From Octopus bimaculoides (lineage: Eukaryota): a stretch of DNA of 36,593 nt. The notes beneath the pieces are model-generated. The model saw only the letters and a program-made list of their open reading frames with translations. It had not been told where the DNA came from and made no database searches. Positions 1 to 9,714 of this stretch are shown in pieces; the first letter of the stretch is position 1, and each line of letters opens with the position of its first letter. The stretch covers positions 59,179,803 to 59,216,395 of the forward strand of contig NC_068992.1 of the NCBI RefSeq assembly GCF_001194135.2. The letters are read 5' to 3'. Made by a program: the position numbers and the translations under genes.

Positions 1-54
<54 letters not shown>

Positions 55-473
55 ATACATATAACATATATATAAACATATATATAACATATATATAACA
101 TATATTCCTATATGCATATACATGTATATATAACTTATATAACACGTGTTCGTTTGTGTGCGTGTGTGTGTGTATGTGTATGTGCGTGTGTGCGTGTGTA
201 TTCATATACACTTCTTATTATATATATATATAAATAAAACAATTATCTAAATGACATTTCTACATTTCACTCATCCCACTATCATTGATATCATGGCAGG
301 GAGCCATGTGATTTACAGTTTAAATCCTTGGAAATTAAATTATGGATTAATCAAATTTTGACGTAGAATATCTTCACAAAATCACAAATATTTTTTTGAG
401 AGACTAAGATTTTCTGCGTAGAAAGCGAAATTTCAAAACACTTACTGAATTAAATCGTGTGTATAAGTGCAAA

Positions 474-518
<45 letters not shown>

Positions 519-562
519 TACACACACAGGTAGGCATGTAAGTGTAAAACAATGTGGACAAA

Positions 563-710
563 GCAGTACTCGAATACCAAGGGTAGAGTAATATGCTTTA
601 TTGTGAAAGCTTCAAAATATTCACACGACTGTTACCCAGAGTTTCCCGTTCCCGTTCGTCGGACAGTTTTGCTAGAAAGTTTTGTGAATATTTTGCAGCT
701 TTTATAATAA
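563..710 (-). mobile_element. Penelope-like retroelement terminal-repeat (pLTR-like) fragment carrying a hammerhead motif
   Basis: The minus strand reads hammerhead core, then AATAAA (plus 597-602), then gcatattactctacc, the layout expected at a PLE terminal repeat. There is a 19/20-bp inverted repeat (606-625 vs 683-702). No RT or GIY-YIG ORF is present, so the PLE assignment is inferred. Confidence 0.55.
628..667 (-). ncRNA. Minimal type I hammerhead ribozyme-like motif (variant core CCGACGA, GUA site)
   Basis: Minus strand: ACTGT-CCGACGA-ACG-GGAA-CGG-GAAA-CTCTGGGT-A-ACAGT. Stem I is ACUGU/ACAGU. Stem II is 2 bp plus an A.G mismatch with a GGAA loop. Stem III is near-palindromic. Confidence 0.65.
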
Positions 711-714
711 CGGG

Positions 715-784
<70 letters not shown>

Positions 785-1032
785 NNNNNNNNNNNNNNNN
801 NNNNNNNNNNNNNNNNNNNNNNNNNNNNNNNNNNNNNNNNNNNNNNNNNNNNNNNNNNNNNNNNNNNNNNNNNNNNNNNNNNNNNNNNNNNNNNNNNNNN
901 NNNNNNNNNNNNNNNNNNNNNNNNNNNNNNNNNNNNNNNNNNNNNNNNNNNNNNNNNNNNNNNNNNNNNNNNNNNNNNNNNNNNNNNNNNNNNNNNNNNN
1001 TATATATATATATATATTAATAATAATGATCG

Positions 1033-1235
1033 TTTTTACTTAAGGCATAGGGCCTGAAATTTGGGGGAAGGGGACTAGTCGATTACATCGACCCCAGTAC
1101 TCAACTGGTACTAATTTTATCGGCACCGAAATGATAAACAGTAAAGTTGACCTCGGCTGAATTTGAACTCAGAACGTAAGGATAGACGTAAGGATTTTAC
1201 CCTGCGTGCTTACGATTCTCCCAGTTCGCCGCCTT
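1033..1235 (-). mobile_element. tRNA-derived SINE family A copy
   Basis: Reverse complement of head aaggcggcgaactgg...gttctgagttcaaattc (B-box-like), the central gtcgactttgcctttcatcctttcggggtcgataaa-like block and the ggccttgtgcc-like tail. Aligns by eye to the many other copies. Confidence 0.85.
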
Positions 1236-1260
1236 AATAATAATAATAATGATAATAATT

Positions 1261-1460
1261 CTTTCTACTATCAGCACAAGGCCCTGAAATTTTGTGGGAG
1301 GGGGTTTGACGATTACAGCAACCGCAGTGCTCGACTGAAACTTATATTATCACCCCGAAAGTATGAAAGGGAAAATCGATCTCGATGAGCTAAACATCCG
1401 GTAGAAATATCTTGAAGAATTTTGTCCGACGCGTTAACGATTCGACCAGCTCGCTGTCTT
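1261..1460 (-). mobile_element. SINE family A copy (diverged)
   Basis: Same head, core and tail blocks. Its (ATT)n tail (plus 1236-1259) abuts the head of the preceding copy. Confidence 0.8.
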
Positions 1461-1480
1461 TCCGGGTACTATCATAATTT

Positions 1481-1705
1481 TTTTCTAATTTTGTGACAAG
1501 GCCAGCAATTTTGAGGGGAGGATGATAGTCGATTACATCGATCCTAGTATTTGGCTGGTACTTGATTTAATCTTATTGACCCTGAAAGGGATGAAAAGCA
1601 GTGTCGTCCGTAGCAGAATCTGAACCCTGAACGTAAAGAACCAGAATTAAATTCTGCTAAACATTTTGTCCGACGCACTAACAAGTCTGCCAGCTCACTG
1701 CCATT
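1481..1705 (-). mobile_element. SINE family A copy (diverged)
   Basis: acaaggcc...gtcgattacatcgatcctagta...gaccctgaaagggatgaaaag...ctgccagctc matches the family in reverse orientation. Confidence 0.8.
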
Positions 1706-1839
1706 ACCAATGCTGTCATAATAATAGAAAAAAATCATACAATCGGAAAAAGTCTGGCTACATAATCAAGTTTTCATGTTTAATATTTCAACGTCTTAAA
1801 TATTGTATTGAAAGCTGTTACTAATCTGTTGCACATAAT

Positions 1840-2038
1840 AAGGCGAGCTGGCAGAGTCGTTAACCCACCGAGCAAAATACCAGCGGCATTTCGTCCGTCT
1901 CTGCGTTCAAATTCCACCAAGGTCGACTCTACCTTTTGGAGTCGATAAAATAAGCACCATTTGAAGACTGGGGTCGAGACAATCGGCTTAACCCCCTCCT
2001 TCGAAATTTCTGTTTTTGTACCAAAATTTCAAATCAAT
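1840..2038 (+). mobile_element. SINE family A copy
   Basis: aaggcgagctggcagagtcgttaa head, gttcaaattcc B box, gtcgataaaataagcacc core. Confidence 0.85.
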
Positions 2039-2083
2039 ATTTTAACGTCTTAAATATGGTTTTGAAAAAAAAAAACTATTAAT

Positions 2084-2306
2084 AAGGCGGCGTGCTACCA
2101 GAATCGTAAGCATACGAATCCAAATTTTTTTTTTTAGCGACATTTTGTCTGTCTGAACGTTCTAAGTTCAAAATTCGGCTACGGTCGACTCCCCCCACTC
2201 TCATTTTGGGGCCGATAAAATAAGTACCAGTTGATCACTGGAGTCGTTGTAATTGACTAGTACCCTCCCCCAAAATTGCTGGCCTTGTGCCAAAATTTGA
2301 AATCGA
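2084..2306 (+). mobile_element. SINE family A copy
   Basis: aaggcggcgtgctaccagaatcgtaagc head, gataaaataagtaccagttga core, ggccttgtgccaaaatttgaaatc tail. Confidence 0.85.
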
Positions 2307-2325
2307 TCTCTTCTGCTATATGCAT

Positions 2326-2410
2326 AAGTTGACCTCGATGGAGTTTGAACGCAGAACGTAAAGCCGGAAGAAATACTGCGAAACTTTATGCTCGGCGTGC
2401 TAAAGATTCT
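2326..2410 (-). mobile_element. SINE family A 5' fragment
   Basis: aagttgacctcgatggagtttgaacgcagaacgtaaag...cggcgtgctaaagattct is the reverse-complemented head region. Confidence 0.75.
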
Positions 2411-2623
2411 TTTCTACTCTAGGCACAAGGCCCAAAATTTTGGAGGAGGGGAGGCAAGTCGATTAGATAGACCCAGTATGCAACTGGTACTTAATTTATC
2501 AACCCCGAAAGGATGAAAGGCAAAGTTGACATCGGTGGAATTTGAACTCAGAACGTAAAGACAGACGAAATACCGTTAAGCATTTCGCCCGGCGTACTAA
2601 CGTTTCTGCCAGCTCACCGCTTT
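2411..2623 (-). mobile_element. SINE family A copy (well preserved)
   Basis: Full head, core and tail, including ccccgaaaggatgaaaggcaaagttgac and gaatttgaactcagaacgtaa. Confidence 0.9.
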
Positions 2624-2637
2624 ATTAATGTTACCAT

Positions 2638-2911
2638 GTTGTTTGTTCCTTCTCGAGCCATACCTGGCTCATAAGGGCTGGTTTCCCGGTTTCATTTGCG
2701 TATAGGTTCCCCACATGGACAGGACGCCGGTCCGTTGCAGGTGAGCTGCTAGATGCAGGAAGAAAGCGTGAAAGTTGTAGCGAAAAGGTCAGCAGAAGTT
2801 CACCATTACCTTCTACCGGAGCCGCGTGAAGCTCATAAACACACATATCACCCGGTCTGAGATTCGAACCCGCGAGTCCGCTGCTCTAACCACTAGGCCA
2901 TGTGACTCCAA
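2638..2911 (-). mobile_element. tRNA-derived SINE family D (V-domain-like 3' half) with target-site duplication
   Basis: Sense head tggagtcacatggcctagtggttagagcagcggactcgcgggttcgaatc (A and B boxes). The 3' part cctgcaacggaccggcgtcctgtcca...gaaaccgggaaacc resembles a V-SINE domain (from memory). It has an (AAC)-type tail and the TSD gttaccat at 2630-2637 and 2915-2922. Confidence 0.85.
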
Positions 2912-2960
2912 AACGTTACCATAATAATAACAAAACTAAAAAACATATATAGGGTCGGAT

Positions 2961-3177
2961 ATTGATTTCAAATATTGGTACAATGCCAGCAATATTGAGA
3001 GATGGGGTAAGTCGACTACATCGACTCCAGTGACCAACTGGTACATATTTTATCAATCATAAATGGACGGAAAGCAAAGTCAGCATCGACGTGATTTGAA
3101 CTTAGAGCGTAAAGCCGAACGAAATACCGCTGAGCATTTTGTCCAGTATGCTAATGATTCTACCAGCTCGCCTCCTT
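2961..3177 (-). mobile_element. SINE family A copy (diverged)
   Basis: gtcgactacatcgactccagtgaccaactggtac...gatttgaacttagagcgtaaag...ctaccagctcgcctcctt. Confidence 0.8.
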
Positions 3178-3679
3178 CCATACAGTCGGATATTAATCGA
3201 AGCCTGGCCGCATAATCAAGTTTTTACGCTTAATATTTTGACGCCTAAAAGACTGTATTCAAAAAGAAACAACTAACAGACCCTAGCAGCGGGAAATTTA
3301 GACAGTGTCACGTGACAACTAGCTGGGGTTGCCTGCTGGAGCCTAGCAGCAGATATAAAAAGGGGAACTTGACATGACGATCAGTCGGACGCTGACACTC
3401 GTTGATGCTGCATCGAAGAGGCCAGGGAATAGAAGAAAGAAGACATGCACCCAACACCAGAGCTGAAGACACCTCCGAAAGGAGGGGCCCCGCCACGTCA
3501 AAACGGTAGAGGAGTAGGGGCCGAAACCGGACGTGGTTCCTCCTGATGATGTCTTGAGCTAACTGGATCCTATAAAGGAGCTGTTGTGGTAGCAGACCAC
3601 GAAACATGGTTGAAATTCTTCCCTGTCATATTTCTGCTTGGAGACGCAGTGGGGCGTATGCGCTTGCTGTTTGTTGTTT

Positions 3680-3896
3680 GTTGTTGTTGCTATTGGCAGC
3701 AAGGATGAAGGAGTGAGGTCGTGGTGTTAATGATGGTGGTTGTAAATAGTGGTAGTGTTTGGAACTGCTAGTGCTGGTCATGGTGGTAGTGATGGTAGGG
3801 TTGAGAGTGGTGGTAGTGGTGGTGGCGGTGGTGGTGGTCGTGGTGGTGGTGTTGATGGTGATGGTAGTAGTACTAGTAGCATTTGTGATGGTGGCG

Positions 3897-3927
<31 letters not shown>

Positions 3928-3999
3928 CAGCAGCAGTAGTAGTGTTGTTAGTAGTAGTGGTAGTAGTAGTAGTAGTAGCAGCATCAGTGGTAGTGGTGT

Positions 4000-4043
<44 letters not shown>

Positions 4044-4165
4044 CAGCAGCAGCAGTAGTAGTGGTGATAGGGTTAGTAGTAGTAGTAGCATTGGTGGTGG
4101 TGGTGGTGGTGGTAGTGGTGTTGGTGTTGGTGGTGATGATGGTAGTAGTAGTAGTAGTAGTAGCC
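3680..4165. repeat. Compound trinucleotide microsatellite (GGT/AGT/AGC)n
   Basis: Directly visible. It produces the poly-V, poly-S and poly-T pseudo-ORFs. Confidence 0.95.
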
Positions 4166-4814
4166 ATCGCGACGAAAATTTGTTGGGGGGCTCTTTTTTT
4201 TGTTGTTGCTGTTTTTGGCGGTAATTTTGCGGCGCAACGCGACACGAGACTATAGTATGTTGGTTTTTGTTGGGTAAAAATGGTGTAAAAAAAATAAATG
4301 TTGATGAGACGAGATGCAGTGAAAGGAAAACAGACGAGATTAGACGAGACAATACGAGATGAAATGAGATTGAACGGAGAGACGATGGTTGCAAGGTTGA
4401 AAATTATCGTGTTGCGAACAGCATGCTGGCTGCATTATAGTTTTCTGATTTCTTTTTTTTTTTTTTTTTTTTTTACCAAAATGGTCGGTGAACAGAAATC
4501 TTCGACGACATTGTGCCATCAGGAGAGATTATGGAGTGGTTCTATCTCACCATGAAAGTGTCGCCTTCCACATCAAAACTACCGCCGGCATGCAATACTT
4601 AAATGTGGTTGTTTAGTGCAAACAATAGAACAAATGTGTAGCTCAGGGTTTCTATGTGCCATAATAGGATCTTTGACGACTGTGCTTATTCTTTCAAAGA
4701 CCAACTACAGTTCTTCCGCTTCCTTTCCCTTTTTTCTCTTTTCATTTTTAGTTTTTTCTTTATTTTTTCTTCATTTTTTTTTCATTTATTGTGTTTTACG
4801 ATATTTACGCTTTT

Positions 4815-4938
4815 TATATGTGCGTGCGTGTGTAGGGATATGTGTGTGAGTGTATGTATATGCATATATATATATGTGTGTATGTGTGTGCATATATATA
4901 TGCATACATACATATGTGTATATATATATATATATATA

Positions 4939-4979
<41 letters not shown>

Positions 4980-5293
4980 ATATGCGTATATATATATGTA
5001 TATACGTATATACAGACATGTATATGGTNNNNNNNNNNACGTATATACAGACATGTATATGGTTATATACATATTTGTACATATATACGTATATATACCT
5101 ATATACGTATGTACATGTGTATGTATGCGTGCGTTCGTGCGTGTATATATATATATATGCACAAACATATACATCAGGATATAGACACATATATATCAAT
5201 ATATAATACACACACACACATATATATATATATATATTTATACATACATACACACACAGACATACATTTACACGTATATGTTATCATGTGTGT

Positions 5294-5336
<43 letters not shown>
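4815..5336. repeat. Compound (TA)n/(TG)n/(CA)n microsatellite field
   Basis: Directly visible. Contains a 10-N gap at 5029-5038. Confidence 0.95.
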
Positions 5337-5338
<2 letters not shown>

Positions 5339-5604
5339 CCTTTCGATTGTGAAAGAAAATGACAAATTCTAAAGTAACATAATAGTCACTAAATTTCTAT
5401 ATAGAAACTTGCGCATTATTATTTATGATATATCACTTTGTAATTGTCCTTGTTTTTGTTTACCTTCTTTTTTGTAAATAATTGCTTTTCAGATATAGAC
5501 AAAATATATTTAATTCTAAATTCCTCATAACGTTTTGCTATTACTCTTACTCTACAGTCTAGTGTCTAGACTGACTCAGAATTTCTTCCATCTTTTTTTC
5601 TCTT

Positions 5605-5989
5605 AATTGATTCAATCATTGGATTGCAGTCATACTGCAGAACCGCCTTGAATCATTTCCTAGAACAAACCGACCCCCAAAATTTCTTGTTTAAAGTGTA
5701 GCATTAATTTTATCGGTTTCCTTTGGCGAACTGCTAAGTTATTAGGATTTAAAAAGTCAACAGCGGCTATCAAGCGATATGGGGACAAACAAAGACACAC
5801 AAACATATACATACATATATATATACGACGGGATTCTTTCGGTTTCCGTCTACCAAATCAACTCACAAGGCTTTAGTCAGCCCGAGGCTATAGTAGAAGA
5901 CACTTGCCCAAGTTGCCATGCAGTGGGACTGAACCCAGAACCATGTGGCTGGTAAGCAAGCTACTTACTACACAGCCACTCTTGCGCCT
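5605..5989 (-). mobile_element. tRNA-derived SINE family B, full length (CORE-like block, short internal TA/TG microsatellite)
   Basis: Sense: aggcgcaagagtggctgtgtagtaag...gggttcagtcccactgcatggcaacttgggcaagtgtcttc (CORE/MIR-like ttgggcaagt), then gacggaaaccgaaagaatcccgtcgtatata, then the 3' half ending aaggcggttctgcagtatgactgc. Collinear with 9475-9903. Confidence 0.85.
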
Positions 5990-5994
5990 ATCCT

Positions 5995-6185
5995 TGTCCC
6001 CGTATTCTTTCTGTTGAAGAGCGTAGCTCGAAACGTCAAAGACTTTNNNNNNNNNNAACGAACTTTTTTTCGAACAATGAAAGAAACAAATAGAGAAACG
6101 AGACAGGCAACATTCCCTTCATCGGTTGTTCTCTGTTTTATCTACTCTGCGTTTCGAAGGTAAGTACAAGACGCGACTTCGTTAA
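5995..6185 (+). mobile_element. Probable Penelope-like terminal-repeat fragment (second family), interrupted by a 10-N gap
   Basis: Contains the ctgttgaagagcgtagctcgaaacgtc hammerhead-like motif typical of PLE ends. No ORF, and the extent is uncertain. Confidence 0.45.
6006..6042 (+). ncRNA. Minimal type I hammerhead ribozyme-like motif (variant core CUGUUGA-A, GUC site)
   Basis: TCTTT-CTGTTGA-A-GAGC-GTA-GCTC-GAAA-C-GTC-AAAGA. Stem I is UCUUU/AAAGA, stem II is GAGC/GCUC, and stem III is reduced to the palindrome ACGU. Confidence 0.65.
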
Positions 6186-6187
6186 AA

Positions 6188-6410
6188 CACTTCTGGCCAA
6201 AAGTCACCTGACAGTAAATCAAAACTATTTACTTCCAAGATTTAACAACTGAATTAATTTAATAAAAGCATCTAAATATGGAACATCATGAAAATTGTTC
6301 AAACTGAAATCATTCTTGAGCGACACATTTATCAATTCGAGTCAATACAGAATTACGGATAGTATTTATGGAATTTTGATTTACTGTCGGATGACTTTTG
6401 GCCAGCACTG
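6188..6410. mobile_element. Tc1/mariner-type MITE (223 bp)
   Basis: 37-bp TIRs at 6188-6224 and 6374-6410 match at 33/37. The right TIR reads CAGTGCTGGCCAAAAGT inward, like Tc1 ends. TA follows the right end (6411-6412); the left flank is AA. The interior is non-coding and AT-rich. Confidence 0.8.
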
Positions 6411-6414
6411 TATA

Positions 6415-6582
6415 CACGACGGGCTTCCACATAGTTTCCGTCTACCGAATTCATTCAAAAGGAATGTGTAAGCCCAGAGCTATTGTAAAAGACGCTTGAC
6501 TAAGTTGTCGTGCAGAGAGAAAGAACCGAACCAGGAACAACATGGTTGCAAGTGAGCTTCTTAACTGTACATGCATGCGCCT
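6415..6582 (-). mobile_element. SINE family B 5' half (diverged)
   Basis: cgacgggcttccacatagtttccgtctacc...catggttgcaagtgagcttcttaac...gcgcct is the reverse complement of the family B head and core. Confidence 0.75.
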
Positions 6583-6593
6583 AAAATATATTT

Positions 6594-6701
6594 TTTCTAC
6601 TCTAGGCACAAGGCCCAAAATTTTGGGGGAGGGGGCCAGTCGATTAGATCGACCCCAGTACGCAACTGGTACTTAATTTATTGACCCCGAAAGGATGAAA
6701 G
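6594..6701 (-). mobile_element. SINE family A 3' half, truncated by an assembly gap
   Basis: ggcacaaggcccaaaattttggggg...gaccccgaaaggatgaaag, close to the family consensus. Confidence 0.85.
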
Positions 6702-7474
6702 NNNNNNNNNNNNNNNNNNNNNNNNNNNNNNNNNNNNNNNNNNNNNNNNNNNNNNNNNNNNNNNNNNNNNNNNNNNNNNNNNNNNNNNNNNNNNNNNNNN
6801 NNNNNNNNNNNNNNNNNNNNNNNNNNNNNNNNNNNNNNNNNNNNNNNNNNNNNNNNNNNNNNNNNNNNNNNNNNNNNNNNNNNNNNNNNNNNNNNNNNNN
6901 NNNNNNNNNNNNNNNNNNNNNNNNNNNNNNNNNNNNNNNNNNNNNNNNNNNNNNNNNNNNNNNNNNNNNNNNNNNNNNNNNNNNNNNNNNNNNNNNNNNN
7001 NNNNNNNNNNNNNNNNNNNNNNNNNNNNNNNNNNNNNNNNNNNNNNNNNNNNNNNNNNNNNNNNNNNNNNNNNNNNNNNNNNNNNNNNNNNNNNNNNNNN
7101 NNNNNNNNNNNNNNNNNNNNNNNNNNNNNNNNNNNNNNNNNNNNNNNNNNNNNNNNNNNNNNNNNNNNNNNNNNNNNNNNNNNNNNNNNNNNNNNNNNNN
7201 NNNNNNNNNNNNNNNNNNNNNNNNNNNNNNNNNNNNNNNNNNNNNNNNNNNNNNNNNNNNNNNNNNNNNNNNNNNNNNNNNNNNNNNNNNNNNNNNNNNN
7301 NNNNNNNNNNNNNNNNNNNNNNNNNNNNNNNNNNNNNNNNNNNNNNNNNNNNNNNNNNNNNNNNNNNNNNNNNNNNNNNNNNNNNNNNNNNNNNNNNNNN
7401 NNNNNNNNNNNNNNNNNNNNNNNNNNNNNGGGAGGTAATTATGCACGTAAATAAGTAGACAGACAGACAGGTAC

Positions 7475-7528
<54 letters not shown>

Positions 7529-8123
7529 GAGTGGACGGAATGCGAAGAGGAGGAACGATGTAAGACTGACAAGAAAATGGTAGACTAAGAGAAAATACTT
7601 TCATAAATTTCCTTCTGGCTTCTTACACAGAAGAATTGATCAGAATTTTTCTATTACAATTTATTGTAAGAGAAGGACTGAAAATACCATTCTTTAAAGA
7701 AAGAACCAGAAGTCTCATGTCCGCCAGGGTACAGACCGGATGTAGATTGAGTGTACGCCGGATGTGGATTCATGCGCTCTTAAGAATGATTTTGCAGCAG
7801 TACTTTTTCTTAAATGTGTTTAAACGTGTACAGACGACGTGTACGTATGGGTGTGTACATACGTGTGTGTGTGTGACAGAGAGAGAGAGAGAGAGATAAT
7901 GCAGGTGTGATTGTGCAGCTATGTATGTTTACGTTTGCATGGGATTCTTTCTGTGTTTATGAATGCGAAATAGATTTGAACCGGTGTGCAGTATAGTTGC
8001 GTACGCATGCATGAGTGTGTTTCTACGTCTCTACGTGTGATTATATACACGTATGAGACGAAAGAACGATAGCTCTGTGCACCGGTGTGTGTATATGAGA
8101 AAGTGAAATTGTAACAGCAAAAG

Positions 8124-8171
8124 TGAAAGGAGAAAAGATTATGAAAGGAGAAAAGATTATGAAAGGAGAAA
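8124..8171. repeat. 18-bp tandem repeat (tgaaaggagaaaagatta) x2.7
   Basis: Exact units at 8124 and 8142, partial unit at 8160. Confidence 0.9.
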
Positions 8172-8344
8172 CGCGACAGAGAGAAAAATATAGAAACATG
8201 TCTGAATTATCTAAGCATCCTAAAGCGATTTGAAATTGTTTTAATTTTTAAAAAAAATCCAAACGTTTGAAGAGTATATTTAAAAATTTAATAAATCTTT
8301 TTTATACATACTATTTTTTAGTTCTCTCTCTCTCCCTCTCTCCC

Positions 8345-8378
<34 letters not shown>

Positions 8379-9474
8379 CCTCTCTCATTTCGGAAAATGC
8401 CAAGAAGCCATCTTCACTGACTGAAAAGGACTCACAGTGTTGAATATGCCCACACACATACAACACCGGAAACTTTTGTGCTATATACTTTATGATCAAT
8501 GACAAAAGATGTATTTGTCTTCTTCGAAAACCCCGAAAAGCAACAAGAAAATGAATAGGAAAACAGTGATGGAAAAAAAATTATACAGATTATTTATTTT
8601 TTAAATCTCTTCACAATAAGTGATTCATTAAGAAGAATATTTTTATTTCAAATGCACAATAACAACATATAATGTCTCTTGATTTTCCTTTTGGCGATCT
8701 AGATACACGGTTTAATATTTGAGTTGAATGTTAACGTCAAGAAATATTTATTATTAATGTCGTTGATGACAGTCGTAATGCTGATGTTCAATAATCGCAA
8801 AGGCAGATGAGATGCAAGTTTTGGCCTGGAGAGTAACGAGGTCGTATCACACCGATGATGTTACAGTTTACCCTAGGTAAGCAGCGAAATAACCTTTCAG
8901 TTTCTTTCCATGATACAAGACCGGAATACGAATAACTTCGAGAGACGAGCTCCATAGCTGAATGCAGAACTAACTGGAAGTATATTTCTAATAAAAGCAA
9001 AGCCGTTGATTTTCGTTCATTCTTTAGCTTAATGTGTAGATACTTTTTTTTCTTTATCGATTAACCTTTCGATTTTTCCTTAGGTCAACCAGATATTTGG
9101 TTCTGAACGGAATTGGTATTCCACATTGATTTTTACTGACTATTCTCAAAGACAATACCAGTTAAAATATTAACTTTTATTTCATCGTTTATTTGAATAG
9201 TATCATTATTTGAGCTTTTGACGAAAGTTCTATTTTGAAGTCATTTTGTGTGGAAATTTCGAAGTTATAACAATTTTTATTACGAAGTGTGATTAAGAAT
9301 TTCAATTTCTAATCACACGGTTCTGAGTTTGAAAAAGTCTTCCACTGTATCCTCGAGTGAAGTTTAAATAGACGGAAAGTGCGTGTAAGTCACATATATA
9401 GATGCATGTGTGTGCATTTTATATGTGTATGTATATATGTGTATATAACCGTCACGCGAGATTCGTCTTCTTTA

Positions 9475-9638
9475 AGGCGCAGGCGTGGCTGTGTTGTAAA
9501 AAGCTTGCTTCCCGGCCATATGGTTCCGGGTTCAGTCCTACTGCGTGGCACCTGGAGCAAATGTCTTCTGCTATAGCCTTGGGCCGACCAAAGCCTTGTT
9601 AGTGGATTTGGCTTACGGAAACTGAAAGAAGCCCGTCG

Positions 9639-9714
<76 letters not shown>

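Noticed and set aside
3464-3552. CTGAAGA and CTGATGA motifs near GAAA
   Set aside because: Spacing and pairing do not give stems I and II. The GAAA is simply a tetraloop of a separate hairpin.
4498-4720. DEP-domain-like fragments (GEIMEWF...[14 protein letters not shown])
   Set aside because: Two in-frame stops lie between the fragments, there is no convincing splice solution, and the resemblance is too short to be significant by eye.
5005-5063. 24-bp direct repeat cgtatatacagacatgtatatggt on both sides of a 10-N gap
   Set aside because: Most likely an unmerged contig overlap rather than a biological duplication.
6100-6160. Minus-strand cGAAAC...CCGATGAAGGG as a type II hammerhead
   Set aside because: No stem I pairing can be formed and stems II and III are poor.
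7700-7790. EGF-like reading CPPGYRPDVD(E)C
   Set aside because: It needs a frameshift, lacks the required cysteines, and the repeated PDVD comes from a 22-bp tandem duplication (7736/7758).
8788-9000. 70-aa minus ORF and a plus-strand CCTAG|gtaagc donor
   Set aside because: Several mutually incompatible exon readings exist and none is a recognisable protein.
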